Shown piece by piece: positions 1 through 11,908 of a stretch of DNA of 64,000 nt. A program made the position numbers and the translations under genes. Position 1 is the stretch's first letter, and the number at the start of each line of letters is the position of its first letter. The notes under the pieces are model-generated. The model had not been told where the DNA came from. It saw only the letters and a program-made list of their open reading frames with translations, and did no database searches. Source of the DNA: Cyanidioschyzon merolae (taxonomy: Eukaryota). Where the stretch lies: the NCBI GenBank assembly GCA_000091205.1, contig AP006495.2; one strand, given 5' to 3'.

Positions 1-360
1 AGGTGCACGGTGCAACAGCGTGACTGTACAGACGGTAGCGAATTCGTCCCGATTGAACGCAGTCGCTGTATGCCGGCTCCGGTCAGTGGGGCTTTGGTGT
101 ACCGCGGAACCGACTCGAAACCGGAGTCAACTGGTAGCCTGGAGAGGCGTCACGACACGTACGCGTAGAGGTGCGGTTGTGCGAATCTCGTGGGGCTCGC
201 TTCCGACGATCCCCAGCCGACGTCGCTACGCTCCGATAAGCTCGTCTCGTTTACAAAAAAAACCGTGCAGAGCGTTTGGGTTCCCGTGCTTGCCCTTCAC
301 CATTCTAGCTCATCAGGAATCCGGTACACCGACCAGATGGCCGCCCGTCTATATACACCG

Positions 361-1872
361 TCACGAAGACTTTGTTGACATCTCGGTCGTGCTCTCGTCG
401 CACTCAGGCTCGTAGATCTCTTTCAACTGCGCAACGCGTAAATGTGCGAGCAGATTGCGCGCAGCCTTGGTGTGGTTGTAAACGTCCCCGTTGAACGCTT
501 GCGTTGCGTCCCGGACGTTCCAAAACTCAAGAATGCGCTGCCCGCCAGGGTGCTGGACTTTGAACCGCGTACAGTCGTGTACGATACCCTCGATCACGAC
601 GAGGAGACGGTTCTCCTCCTTCGCTAGGCGTTGCACATCCTTCCAAGTCCACACCGGCAGACTTTCAATGGGCTTGCCCCAATCGACCCGCTTTTTGGCC
701 TCGTCCAGTATTTCCTGACGCACCTGTAGGCGCGCCTTCACGAGTTCATTACGCGGGAACCGAACCAAATGCCACGCGAGTCCAGCCCATGATAGGAGCC
801 GGATTACCCACTTGGTAGGGTCCCAGTGATACCACACCACGCCATTGCGATAGTCATGCGGGAATTCATGGTGGAAATTGTGGTAGCCCTCGCCTAGTGT
901 GACCAGTGCGGTGATAACCGAGTCGTAGCTGGTATGCCGGCGTGAGAAGGTTTGCTCACCCCACCAGTGCGCGAGGGAATTGACGCAGAATGTTGATTGC
1001 TGGACAAACAGCATCCGCCCGAGACAAGCGTACACAAGGCCACCCCAGAAGTCTCCCCATCCTAGCGTAGATATCGTCAACGGGATCACAAACGAGAAGA
1101 GAATCGCAATCTGCAGGTAGTAGCGATGCTGGAACCGCAGGATCGGGTTGGCGTTCAAATCGGTAATGTCGACACGGCCCTGGCGCTGCCGTGGTAGCTT
1201 GAAGACCATCCACCACAAGTGCGCGTACCAGAATCCCTTCTCAACCGCGTACGGGTCGCGGTCCGAGTCAACATAGCGGTGGTGCGCGCGGTGTAGACGG
1301 CACCAGTAGCGGGCACTACCCTCAAACGCCGCCGCTCCGAAACACGCCAGAATGACTTGTACGAGCCAGTGCGCCTCGTAGGAGCGGTGGCTCCACAAGC
1401 GATGATACCCGCCGGTAATGCCAAGTCCGCAACAGAAATAGGTCACTATCGCGAGTACGAGCGTTTTCCGCTGAAGAGGCACGAACCAGATCCCAATCAG
1501 CGTTCCAATGAGCGGCGTGAAGATGATGCTCGTCGAGAGCCAGTTGATGCGCTGTAGAAGCGGCAGTTCGTTCAGTTCCTTCTCGCTCATCCACTTCGAA
1601 CTCCGCGTCTTCTCGAATACAAGGCCACGTTGTGGGTCAAACTCAACACCCTCTCGCTCCAGCGGCTCCACAGCCGGTTTCGGACGCGGTTTCAGCGTTG
1701 GGATAACCGCACCGCTGTCGTCCGCGGCGGCTGTGGACGGATTGCTGCCCTTTTCCTCTTCACGAACTTTTGATTCAACCTTGGCTGTCATAGTGCGGTT
1801 CTCAAAAGTGTGCAGAGGCTGTCCACAACACAGATGTTTCACGTAGAGGTCGTCCTGCGCAAAGTGCGTCAC
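361..1872 (-). CDS. Delta-9 acyl-CoA (stearoyl-CoA) desaturase with C-terminal cytochrome b5 domain
   Basis: All three desaturase histidine boxes are present in the translation (HRLWSHRSY, HRAHHRY, HNFHHEFPHDYRN). Multiple hydrophobic segments. C-terminal cytochrome b5 heme-binding HPGG motif (VQHPGGQRILEF). The true start may be an internal Met (MTAKVESK...). Confidence 0.9.
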   Translation of the reverse strand: MTHFAQDDLYVKHLCCGQPLHTFENRTMTAKVESKVREEEKGSNPSTAAADDSGAVIPTLKPRPKPAVEPLEREGVEFDPQRGLVFEKTRSSKWMSEKELNELPLLQRINWLSTSIIFTPLIGTLIGIWFVPLQRKTLVLAIVTYFCCGLGITGGYHRLWSHRSYEAHWLVQVILACFGAAAFEGSARYWCRLHRAHHRYVDSDRDPYAVEKGFWYAHLWWMVFKLPRQRQGRVDITDLNANPILRFQHRYYLQIAILFSFVIPLTISTLGWGDFWGGLVYACLGRMLFVQQSTFCVNSLAHWWGEQTFSRRHTSYDSVITALVTLGEGYHNFHHEFPHDYRNGVVWYHWDPTKWVIRLLSWAGLAWHLVRFPRNELVKARLQVRQEILDEAKKRVDWGKPIESLPVWTWKDVQRLAKEENRLLVVIEGIVHDCTRFKVQHPGGQRILEFWNVRDATQAFNGDVYNHTKAARNLLAHLRVAQLKEIYEPECDESTTEMSTKSS

Positions 1873-2109
1873 GTCACCCCAGCGTACACCTGGATGGAGA
1901 CTGGAACGAGGTCACGCGCACCTGTGCCCCGTCGAGCGCAGCGTCGCAGCAGCATCGGCGCCATTGGCGGCGCTGCTGCGGCGAATGTGTGGTGATTCTG
2001 CGGCAGCGGCGACGGCGACGGCGAATTCTTTGCTAGATTGACAAGGACATTTCCATGGACCTGCGTTCTCCGGCAGTGCGCTTTATATTCGCGCGCAGTG
2101 AAGCATCCG

Positions 2110-2650
2110 TTGCTCCGCGCCCTACTTCCAAATTCCATTATCCATACTTCTACTCGGATCCAGTGGTCATTGCCTATGTTCTATCGTGCGCCGCATGCCG
2201 GTTGTTTCGTATCCCCCTGTGGCGCTGGAACAGATGTGTCATAGAGCCGGACCTGCATTGCCATACCACTGAGGGCGTCGGATCATGGCGGGGTGCACTC
2301 GACACGGATTCGGGACTGATCAGCATGCTGGGAACCAGCAAGTTGTGCTAATAGACGAACTGCCTGCGGCAGCGCGAAGCGATCCACTAGGAGTCCATTG
2401 CGACCTGAGAAACGTGCAGACGCTGCCTATCTGCACCTAGTTTCAGAATAATATGCGTGGCGGGCGAGCTGCTCAGGTTTCGCGGCTGCAGCAGCCACTG
2501 CAGAGTCGCACGAAGCGCAAACTCGGCAGACTCGTACAGTTCCAGGGACGTTCCGCCTCGAAGGTGAACTTTCAAAGTTACGGGAACGTTTCCCCCTTTC
2601 CAAGTTCATCGTACAGGGCGGCAAGGAATATATTCATATATTGGCTGGTG
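2110..2650 (+). repeat. Dispersed repeat R2, copy 1 (about 550 bp), 5' part of the composite R2+X element
   Basis: Shares conserved blocks with 18300-18840 (reverse complement) and 58660-59200. Examples are ttcgtatgttctatcgtgcgccg, ataccactga(g/a)g, aatgagggcgtcgg, ttcgacacggaatcgg, agagtccactgc and ggt(g/a)aactttc(g/a)aag. The phantom peptide HYPYF(I/Y)SD is shared between copies. Confidence 0.6.
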
Positions 2651-2779
2651 AATCGAGAGTCTCTGTGCTTTATTCGAAATAGCGCGCTCGATGCGCGCAC
2701 CTGAGAGATCAGGCAGTCACGAGAATGACGCGAATTTCAATGTTGGAGGGAAACGCGAGCATGACAGTACGTTTTCTTG

Positions 2780-3930
2780 TTGGTCTACCCTTAATGTTGT
2801 ACGTGCGTTGTATTCGTGGCAAAGTATAATTTTCAGTTTAACTGTGTTTCAGTCCTCAAGCAATTATATTCAACTGATTTTTCGCGATTTATAACAGAAG
2901 CGTTCGAAGTGCGCTCTTTTTCAAAAAGATAAAAACGGAAAGTGATGGTAAAGCACGTAGGTGATCCTGGAGGCCCAATGTCGCTGGCTGCCAGAAAAAA
3001 AAACAAAAAATGGAAGAGCAAAGAGGAACAGGAGAAGACGAAGAAGCAAAAGAGGGAGCCCCTACGTCAAAGGCTGCAAGAAAGACGACTGTACGGCGAG
3101 ATGGCGGTGAAATCCTGTCTTCTTAAACATATGAAGGATCCGTACATGGAAAAGCTGCGAGAGGCTATCAGAAACCGTATTGAGTCGCACACCTTGAGTA
3201 TTGTAAAGGCTTCTTCAGGACTAATGCATTTGGCGAAGAAGATATATCATGACGTGACGAACATCAAAACAGTCGAGTTTCCGGAAGAATTTTTCTCAAC
3301 AAAACCTTTTTCGTCACCTGATGCTTGGCACCGGGGAAGCGTCGAGGGCAGATGAGCGAGTGCATGCCCTCCCCGAGAATTACGCCGAGCACTGCCTCAG
3401 CGGTATTCGATACATGGGTGACGCAGATATTTACGAATACGGGGCGATCAAGGACCTCACGAACCTGAAGAACCATCCGACTATGAACCTCGAACGTTTC
3501 ATGATAGGCGCCGTGTTTGCGCTGTACCCGGGCCTCACTCGCCAGGGGATATGGGCTATCATCAATGGCATCACGAACGATTTCCAGTTCATACTGGAGA
3601 TCGAATTCGTCGGCAAGAAGGCACCATGCAGGAGAAAGAATGAAGCCTCTGTCATCCGTGTGGCTGTTCAAGAGCACCGTGCGGTCTTGGGGCTTGTCAA
3701 ATCCTGCAGAAACGATATCAGAGTTGAAAAAAGATGGTATCCCCTCATCCTGCGGTATTTCCTGTTCCTGAAGCGAGAACTCGAACGCAAGGCCGAGATG
3801 GAGCTGATTTGGTGAAAAATGAAGACTCGGAGAGACCGACGGCTGCACTTCTGGATAAGCGCTTCAACGTCGTTCCGATATGCGAGATCGAGTCGCATTT
3901 TGTGACAATCGATTCCAGCGTCCACTAAGG
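2780..3930 (+). pseudogene. Eroded ORF X, copy A, of the composite repeated element (unknown product), split over three frames
   Basis: Translation segments 2942-3355, 3321-3815 and 3734-3928 are colinear with segments of the inverted copy at 16877-17910. Shared strings include [32 protein letters not shown] and NEDSERxxAxLLxKRFNVV. The frameshifts fall at different places in the two copies, which favours decay over conserved introns. Confidence 0.45.
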
Positions 3931-5140
3931 CACCATGAGGGAGCTCAGTCTGGAGTTCGATGTAGGCAGCAAGGAATTTACGGGTGAAAACCGGGAGAAG
4001 TACAGGAAGAATATCTTCGAATTTAAACGTCTCAATACGAGCAAGCAAAAGGTATTCACTGGGATCATCGAAACCGATGGCGTATCCATGTGAGTGTCCA
4101 CTACCGGCGGTTGAATGCGGACCGTCCACTTCCGTCCTCGACATTGCCCGTGACGAAGCATGAAGATGGGAAGGGGGAGGATCCAGCGACACAGAAAGTG
4201 CATGAGAACGACATTGTCGTTGGCGCGGGCCCCGGAAACACGAATATCGTAACCATTGCACTCCCATATGCAGGAAAGATGGTATCGACGGCAGCTTATG
4301 CCAGAACAACATGCATCTTTTAAATTTATCGATAGCAACATATTACCGAGAATCGGGAAGAATGAATGCAAGATTGAATAGTGAAACGTGGAATGCAGGA
4401 GTAAAGGAGCACATGGAGATGCCATCAGGTGCGAATGCCGCACCCGGAATCGTACATATCCCCAAGTACACGTCAGTTGCTGAGACAACGTCCATACAGG
4501 ACGAATCCGTTTCTACCATACAGCATCGAGGGATGTAACATGTATTCCTATGGCTACTGAATGCAAGCGCACGAAAGACATGAGATGGATCCGCTTTTCC
4601 GACGGGTATTGGACCAGTATTGGCAATGTTACACTGCTCACAGGCATGCAATTTGACGCACGCGGATAAGGTGGGTCACTGCGGCTACTGATGACCAGTT
4701 CCGCTCATTGGGCGTACTTCTCATGGCATTGGATCAACGAAGCGGAGCCGATTCCGCTGCCTTGCGAGCGCCATCAGGTCTCAGGCAGGAGAATTTGCCT
4801 CCTCCATAGACGCTACCACTTTTCACTGAGACCACACGAGAATTATCCCACGGAACAGAGGCATTGTGCAGCAACTTTGCGATTGACATACCAACTTTGA
4901 ACCTCGTTCTTTGCGACACGCCAGCCTGGCTTGGAATTCGCAGGCGTCGGCTCTGGGGAGAAATTCAAAGGCTACTCGCCGCTTTGCCGCACGGCATCAT
5001 CGCTTTCCCGTTTCGTCGTTGTGGCCCGCAAGAAACCTAGCATCGAACTGTAGGGGGCTCTTCGGAAGCAAGGTGTACTATTTCCCACAGCTTGACGTAA
5101 ACGACTGTTCAAGCTGAGCGCTGCGTACGCATTCTCGAAG

Positions 5141-7360
5141 TTGCTACCACACTGCACGATTTTCGTGGAAGCATTCACGCATATGACGCATGTACCAAGC
5201 GAAGACTCCCACAAGATCCAAGTGTCGACAGCGAAATCGCCACCGCCTAATTCGAAGCGAACTATCGCTCACGAGCTGGAGTCGATGGAAACCTCTGCTA
5301 GGCCGAGTCGCTGCCGCGAGACAAACGGCGGGCCCGCAGGCCCCTGCAATCCCTGGACAGGTAAACCGTTTTCGAGCCTCTATTACCAGCTCGAGGAGAA
5401 GCGACGGGCGCTTCCGGTGTTCCAGGAGCGTGAAAGAATCGTCGAAATCGTTAAGCGAAACCGCGTCGTTGTCCTACAGGGAGAGACCGGCTCAGGGAAG
5501 ACAACCCAGGTACCGAGGCTCCTCCTCGAGGCGGGGTTTCAGCGTATTGCTTGTACCCAGCCACGACGCATAGCTGCAGTAAGCGTTGCGACTCGGGTGG
5601 CGCATGAGATGGATGTGCGGCTTGGCGAGCTGGTCGGCTACACCATTCGCTTTGAAGACGTTTCGCATCCGAAACTGACGCGACTCAAGTATGTGACGGA
5701 CGGCATGCTGCTGCGCGAGGCGTTCCAAGATGATAGGCTCTCGCGCTACGACTGTATCATTTTAGACGAGGCCCATGAACGTACACTGAGCACGGATGTG
5801 CTCATGGGTCTTCTCAAGGGTATTCTGAAGCAGCGCCCCGAACTGCATATGGTCGTGATGAGCGCAACCCTGGAACGTGATCATTTTTGCACCTACTTTG
5901 ACCATGCTCCGTTGCTGAATGTAAGCGGTAGAATGCATCCCGTGGATATTCGCTTTGCAGAGCGTCCTGTCTTCGACTATCTGTTCGCAGTGGAGCAGCA
6001 GGTACGCCAAATTCATGAAAACGAACCGGCTGGGGATGTGCTGATCTTCCTCACCGGTGAAGAAGAGATAGAGGATATGTGTAGCCGCCTGCGTCACTAC
6101 TCACGAGCGACGGCGCGAAAACACGGAGCGCCGTTGCAAGTGCTGCCGCTGTATTCGGCGTTGCCCATGTCCGTACAGGAGCGGGTCTTCGAGCCGCCAC
6201 GCCCACCGGAGGCCCGCAAAGTCATCGTCGCAACAAACGTAGCGGAGACCTCGATCACTATCGACGGGATTACCTATGTGATTGATCCAGGCTTTGCCAA
6301 GGTCAAAATTTACAACCCGAGCACTCGCGTGGAATCGCTTTTGGTTTCGCCAATCAGCCAAGACAGTGCAAGACAGAGGGCAGGTCGCGCAGGCCGAACC
6401 CGTCCCGGTATTTGTTATCGTCTGTATACAGAGGAGGCTTTCCGAACAGAGCTGCCGGCGCGCTCACATCCCGAAATCCTTCGTTCCAATCTCTGCAACG
6501 TCGTACTCACTTTGAAGAAACTCGGTATTCATGATCTTATTCACTTTGATTTCATGGACCCGCCGGCGCCAGACACCATGATCCGGGCTTTGGAGATGCT
6601 CTTCTATCTGGGCGCCGTCGACGAAGAAGTCGAACTGACACAACTGGGACGCCAGATGGCAGAATTTCCACTCGATATACAGATCGCTCGAATGCTGCTT
6701 GAGTCGCCACGTCACGGATCGAGTAACGAAGCAATCACACTGGCCGCCATGCTCTCCGTCCCAAACGTTTTCTTGCGTCCACGTCAGCAAGCAGACGAGG
6801 CCGACGCTCGAAAGCAGCGTTTCGTTGTATCCGACAGCGATCACGCCACTTTGGTGCGCGTCTTTGAGGCCTTCATGGACCACGGCTGCGATCGCCAATG
6901 GTGTGCGGAGAACTATTTGAATGATCGAGCGCTCATGCACGCGGTGAACATCCGCCGACAGCTGGAGCTCATGATGCAACGAATGGGTCTACGTATCTGC
7001 TCGCCGGGTAGGCGCGCTCCGGACCGTTGGATACGACTGCGTCGCTGTGTGTTGGAAGGGTTCTTCTCGCAAACTGCATTCTGGATGCGACGACGGGATT
7101 ACTTGACGATTCGGGATGAACAGCTCGTTGGCCTTCATCCCAGCAGCGTCATTCGCCATCGACCTTCGTGGGTAGTATTCCACGAGTTTGTACTTACAAC
7201 CGGGAGCTATATTAGAACAGTGAGCCAGATTGAACCGAAGTGGCTCTTCGAGCTGCCTACAAAATACTACGATCTACTGGAATACAAGGAAGGAGCATCG
7301 CGCAGGGCGCTCGAACTCGCCGCCCGTCTAACAGGACAGCGGCGCTCCGCGGCACCGTGA
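5141..7360 (+). CDS. PRP43: DEAH-box ATP-dependent RNA helicase, Prp43/DHX15-like
   Basis: Motif I GETGSGKTTQ, motif II DEAH (ILDEAHERT), SAT, TNVAETSITIDG and QRAGRAGR are all present. The N-terminal block CNPWTGKPFSSLYYQLEEKRRALPV matches the Prp43/DHX15 NPFTG...LPV signature. A C-terminal HA2/OB region follows. The length of 739 aa fits Prp43. Confidence 0.88.
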   Translation: MLPHCTIFVEAFTHMTHVPSEDSHKIQVSTAKSPPPNSKRTIAHELESMETSARPSRCRETNGGPAGPCNPWTGKPFSSLYYQLEEKRRALPVFQERERIVEIVKRNRVVVLQGETGSGKTTQVPRLLLEAGFQRIACTQPRRIAAVSVATRVAHEMDVRLGELVGYTIRFEDVSHPKLTRLKYVTDGMLLREAFQDDRLSRYDCIILDEAHERTLSTDVLMGLLKGILKQRPELHMVVMSATLERDHFCTYFDHAPLLNVSGRMHPVDIRFAERPVFDYLFAVEQQVRQIHENEPAGDVLIFLTGEEEIEDMCSRLRHYSRATARKHGAPLQVLPLYSALPMSVQERVFEPPRPPEARKVIVATNVAETSITIDGITYVIDPGFAKVKIYNPSTRVESLLVSPISQDSARQRAGRAGRTRPGICYRLYTEEAFRTELPARSHPEILRSNLCNVVLTLKKLGIHDLIHFDFMDPPAPDTMIRALEMLFYLGAVDEEVELTQLGRQMAEFPLDIQIARMLLESPRHGSSNEAITLAAMLSVPNVFLRPRQQADEADARKQRFVVSDSDHATLVRVFEAFMDHGCDRQWCAENYLNDRALMHAVNIRRQLELMMQRMGLRICSPGRRAPDRWIRLRRCVLEGFFSQTAFWMRRRDYLTIRDEQLVGLHPSSVIRHRPSWVVFHEFVLTTGSYIRTVSQIEPKWLFELPTKYYDLLEYKEGASRRALELAARLTGQRRSAAP

Positions 7361-8489
7361 CTTGCATCCAGAATAAGGTTTGACGTATTTCCCAAGTTTG
7401 CGGCGTCTCGCCGGTGAGCACTGCAGCGCCAACCTCGGGTGTATGCGAACGTGCTTGCCCTTGCGATACGGAACAACTCGCATCCATGGGTGAGTGGTGA
7501 ACACTCAATCGCACAGAGCAAGTTTCGCCAGCCTCGAATACACGAGAGAGTGCGCACCGGTCATCGGTAACCAGAGAGGAGGCCCTCGTATCTATCGAGA
7601 CGCTTCCATGCTCAGTCAGCGCTAGGCCAGTCTTCTCGTCGGGAACGGGGCTGGCATCCATCTATCCATCTATCCATCCATCGCACGAGCGAGCGGCTTA
7701 CGGGTGTGCGGTCTCGTGCATGTGCTCACTGCAACGCTAGATATGCCGCTACGGTCTCTGCACCGAGACAGAACGACCTTGGCGTAATCGTCAGGGCATT
7801 CACTTGAAAGCCACTTTTCATTTGGGATTGCCACGTCGCTCTGCTGGCACCAGTGATGGAGTACTGCGGATGAACGCGAGGGTATCGGAACGCGTCTGCG
7901 ATAGCTCGCTAAACGCGTGCCTCTAGGCGTACGTTGCATACGGCGACTTACACAGCGTGCCTCCGCCGTTCCCAAACGCATACCAGACTCGCAACGCCTT
8001 CACACGACATGATACCTCGAGCTTCATTCAGTTCCCGCGAAGACGGCGTATGGTGTTGGCAAATGCGCCGAGTGCCAAGCATCGCCGAACGTGGGCAAAG
8101 GACTTTGTCACCGGCGTCGGTTGAGGCGGAAACTCACAGCGAGGCGCGCACGAGACGCCTCGCCTGTGTACGAGTCTGCGTTCTCAACGACGCGGTGCAG
8201 ACGCTTGCTTCGTGCTCTATAAGCGCTAGCCACTGGGACATTACGGCTGCGTATTTTCTCTCCAGTGATAGAGAATCGCACCACAGGCGGGAGTGCAGCC
8301 GCCTCACAGCTTATCGATTCGAATGGAGCATTGCTTGAGGCAGCGTATCCCTTGCCTCGGTAATGAGGCGCGGACTGGTGCAAACCCCAGAAACGTGCAG
8401 AGCGCCAGCTCCACGTGTTTTGTGGTTGCATGCAGCGGCGATGACGCTGGCAGAAGCGCGCACCTCCATCGAAAGGACCCATCAAATCC

Positions 8490-8525
8490 GAGGCAGCAGC
8501 AGCAGCAGCAGTAGCAGTAGCAGAA
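8490..8525. repeat. (CAG)n microsatellite
   Basis: gcagcagcagcagcagcagtagcagtagcag, seen directly in the sequence. Confidence 0.85.
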
Positions 8526-8614
8526 TCCAGCACGACATCGCTCCGGGCGTGCCCTGTGAACGACTGCAGACCTTGGCGGCGGTTTCATTCGTACACTTCT
8601 GGAGGTCATGCTCC

Positions 8615-10129
8615 CTATGACTCAGTGCAGGCCTGATCACGCAGGGTCGCCAGCGCTACTTGGAGCGCACGACGCAGCGGACGCAGCGGTACCTGAACTG
8701 CCTGATCCCGGAGATACACACGACTGCTGGTCTGGGAATCGGGATAGTGCGCAGTCGCCGTCGCTGCCGCAAAATCCAGGTCCGCAGCATCCATGTCATC
8801 GGTTTCGCGCTCCCAGAAAGGTAATGGTGACGACGGTATCGGAGGCGAATCACCCTCTACGGAGAAGTAATGGACCGGAGCTCCGCCAGCATGAGCGTAC
8901 ATGTCGTGCTGGAATCCGTAGGGAAAGAGCTCGATCAGCGCTGATCGCCACGGTGGTAGTAAACTAGCGTAGACGAGCTGGGCACCATGAACGGATATCA
9001 GTACATGCGTTCGCTGAATCATCTCTACCAGCCGTTGAACACTGCTGCGCGTGGTATCGTTCGCGCTCGCCTCTACAATGGTAAAGTCGTAGGCGTAGGC
9101 CTCGCGATAGCGGCGGAGTAATGCAACCACAGCATCCTCGTTCGCAAGGCATCGACGACGACATGCGGCTTGCGAGCGCTTCTCCGCACCTCTGCGAAGG
9201 TACGTCACCTGCAGCCGTGGCGACGGTCGGTGCCACAGCGGCATTATCGAAGGGACCGCCCTGCACTGGTCACGACCGCTGGTATCCGCTGGGAGCATAG
9301 TCCGCTGGGCTGGTGCGCTCTTCATACCCAGATGATCGAGTACAGCTGCGCGCCATGCCATTGCATCAGCTGGTGAACGAAAGAAACGACTTTTCAAGAG
9401 TCCAGGCAGGAGCAGCCGAGAGCCGCACAGCACCGTGTTGCGCCGGAACGGAAGCTCCCGGCCTTGTTGCCTCGAATACGCAGTCACCATTGCATGCAGA
9501 TATACACAGAATATGCTTTGGTTATCGCGTTCAGTGCCGCAGGCGTATAACGGACTGGTTGCGTGCTGGGCGTGCGCTGGCCACCAGAGCACCACCGGAG
9601 CGTGGCGCTTTCCCTCCGAGGCGCCAAACTGCCGGGGAAGGCCCCAGTTCGCGAGCCATTCTCCGGCGAAATGTGCCGGGTTAAAGTAGGCAGCCCTGGA
9701 GAACCAGTTGAGGACAAGCGTCTCATTTGTCAGGTTGGGAATCGCGCGTCGTACGGGTTCCAGCGACGTGACCCGCTCGACTCGAACGCGCTTTTGCTGG
9801 AGGAAGCTCTGCACACGGTGCGTTGCGTCGGGGTCCACGGACCTCTGGGAACCACTCGCTTCGATAAAGAGCACTGCGTTGGTCGAGTTAAAGCAGAACG
9901 GTGAGCGCACTTCTAAGACGTGTTCCGTGTACTGCTTGGAGACGACGCCCGCCGTTCGGTGCCGCCAAACGTGCAAACGGAAACGGGCGGAACGCGCTCC
10001 ACGTTGTAACAAACTTGTTGGCAGCGAGTGCGCATCGAGCTCCGATCTGGGTTGGTGGAAGGCGAACCAGAGCGCCAGATTTCGTACTAGTTCGAAGATC
10101 AGTCCACAGAGCAGCACCTGTCGCCACAT
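8615..10129 (-). CDS. GT61 (DUF563) / EOGT-like glycosyltransferase, type II membrane topology
   Basis: N-terminal signal-anchor (LLCGLIFELVRNLALWFAF). The C-terminal block RRCLANEDAVVALLRRY...VLISVHGAQLVYASLLPPWRSALIELFPYGF resembles the EOGT/GT61 block R.I.NEDEV..LL...MHGAGLT...FLP....V.EL. Confidence 0.7.
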   Translation of the reverse strand: MWRQVLLCGLIFELVRNLALWFAFHQPRSELDAHSLPTSLLQRGARSARFRLHVWRHRTAGVVSKQYTEHVLEVRSPFCFNSTNAVLFIEASGSQRSVDPDATHRVQSFLQQKRVRVERVTSLEPVRRAIPNLTNETLVLNWFSRAAYFNPAHFAGEWLANWGLPRQFGASEGKRHAPVVLWWPAHAQHATSPLYACGTERDNQSIFCVYLHAMVTAYSRQQGRELPFRRNTVLCGSRLLLPGLLKSRFFRSPADAMAWRAAVLDHLGMKSAPAQRTMLPADTSGRDQCRAVPSIMPLWHRPSPRLQVTYLRRGAEKRSQAACRRRCLANEDAVVALLRRYREAYAYDFTIVEASANDTTRSSVQRLVEMIQRTHVLISVHGAQLVYASLLPPWRSALIELFPYGFQHDMYAHAGGAPVHYFSVEGDSPPIPSSPLPFWERETDDMDAADLDFAAATATAHYPDSQTSSRVYLRDQAVQVPLRPLRRALQVALATLRDQACTES

Positions 10130-10449
10130 ACAAACGCAGGACTAGGGTTTTAGTGCGGATGCTGCAGCGGCGCTACAGCCCTGAGCGCAGACACGTCGGA
10201 TGGCGTCCTTGAGGGCAGCGTTAACCTGTTGCTCGCGAAAGAGTTCAGGTGTATGAGCTGGTTCGTAGCAGCATTCGCGTACACAAGGCAGCATGATCAG
10301 GTTTATCGATCCCAGCTCCTTCAGACATGCTATGACTGTGTCAGTAACTGAAATCAGACACGGAAATGCTTGCTCTGTTCCTGCATTCCGATGTTTCCGA
10401 CCATGTTTCGAACGCACTGCATCGGAATTCGAGATACAGCAATGACGGC

Positions 10450-11400
10450 TTACGGATGCATACGTAGTTTTATGATTATCGGTCGTTTTTCGGAGTCGCT
10501 CCTTTGACTCGTTGCCATCTGGATTTCGCTTTGTTATCGTACTGAAGATGATTCGCGACGCGCTCCAGCAAGAGTTCTCAAAATAACAGGTACCGTTATG
10601 CCGTGCATCAGTGCATGCCTCTAAGCTTCTTCTTTTCTTTACGTGGAGCATGCTCAAGTCACGCATTCTTCAAGTTTTCGATGTTCCTGTTTCAAGGCCG
10701 CTCGGGGCACAGCAATGCGCGCCGCTGATTCCAGGGCGAGAGAAACTTCACGTCGTCCGACTACGACTTGCTCACCAGCTCATGCGGAACCTTCACGGAA
10801 ATGTTGACTGTAGGGAATCCTTCCCGTTCGGAGGGAAAATCCTGCTTTATTTGTGGCCATCAGCGAGAGGCCGTTCGATACACATATGATGCTGCTCACA
10901 TCATTTGTATCCAGAGGCTCCCGTCTCGTCCGTTTGCATGCGAAAAGGTTTCGAGCTAGAACTGGAGCCATCGCAGCGACCGTATACTGTGAAGCGTGCG
11001 TCAGTGCGTGGCAAGAAGGGAGCGTAAACGGGTCAGGACCTGTCGACTTGTTCTCTAGTCTGGACATTCCTTCCGGTTCTTGGTTCATCATGGGCAACAT
11101 GGTGTTCCATGAACCCCCAGTCGAATGGAACAGCGTACGATTGCGCATCCAGACAGAACAGAGACCTTGCTGAACAGTTCGCGTACAGAAAATGCCTGCG
11201 ATCGTAGTTTTTACCCAGTTGGGCGCGGAAACGGACGAGCACATCCCTGGGGGGAGCCTCTGCTTCCAGTCAAGAGCAAGTACCAAGGGAAGAAGCCAGC
11301 GTGCATGCGCTACAAGGCAACCCTGGGAGCAGGAGAAAAAGGTTCAATAGACATCTTGAAACACCTGATCACAGTCAAAATGTGAACGCCGCGACAAGCG
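10450..11400 (+). repeat. Dispersed repeat family R1, copy a
   Basis: Conserved blocks are shared in the same order with 26480-27790, 38040-39340 and 52740-53970. They include ga(t/c)gattcgcgacgc, aagcttc...tttacg...atgctcaa(g/a)tcacgcat(t/a)cttcaag, cgccgctgg, tcgacttgttc, and catcatgg...ttccatgaa...gaatggaacagcgt.cg...tgcgcat. The 3' end of this copy is less clear. Confidence 0.6.
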
Positions 11401-11908
11401 TAACGATGTTGTATTCAAAGCAGGTGAGCATGAGAAGCGATTCGTAGATCGCATTCCCCACCTTTGCTCCAAATGCGTCGCTGACACCGGGAAGCCGAGT
11501 CATCGGGACTTGAACGCTGCCATCAACCTCCGTCGACTGCGGAAAACGGTACTCGAGGGAGATGCGTGACCAAAGTCTTTCAATCTGGAGATACGAGAAA
11601 AGAAAAGCAGGCAATCACACGGAAGGCCAGCAAACGCCACCGCTGATAAACCTGGGAGAAGACCAATATACTAGTATCCATGCCCGACATGGAATTCTCT
11701 ATTCGTTTTCCCCTACTATGGGTGTATGGCATTTCAAACACCCAAGCAAAGTGCATCCAGTGTACACAATCATCCGCCGCCGCCGCCACCGCCGCCGCTG
11801 CACCGCCGGCGCGATGGACAACCGCTGCCTTCATCGCGTGAATACTCCAACTGCTGAGATCTGTTCCTGAAGTTCCTTCTCAGCACTGCTTGTGAGCTAG
11901 CCAAGCTG

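Noticed and set aside
20-415. ORF 20-415(+) at the left edge, open to position 2
   Set aside because: Arg/Ser/Thr-rich low-complexity translation. It overlaps the 3' end of the desaturase gene on the other strand, and no motif is present. It is probably noncoding or 3' UTR.
5762-6979. Long antisense ORFs inside the helicase gene (for example 5762-6097(-), 6101-6361(-), 6464-6979(-)); similar antisense ORFs occur inside the ALT, GT61, CS, cyclin and membrane-protein genes
   Set aside because: They overlap strongly supported genes on the opposite strand. They are Arg/His-rich, as expected for the reverse complement of GC-rich coding sequence, and they have no recognisable motifs. This is the usual stop-poor antisense artefact.
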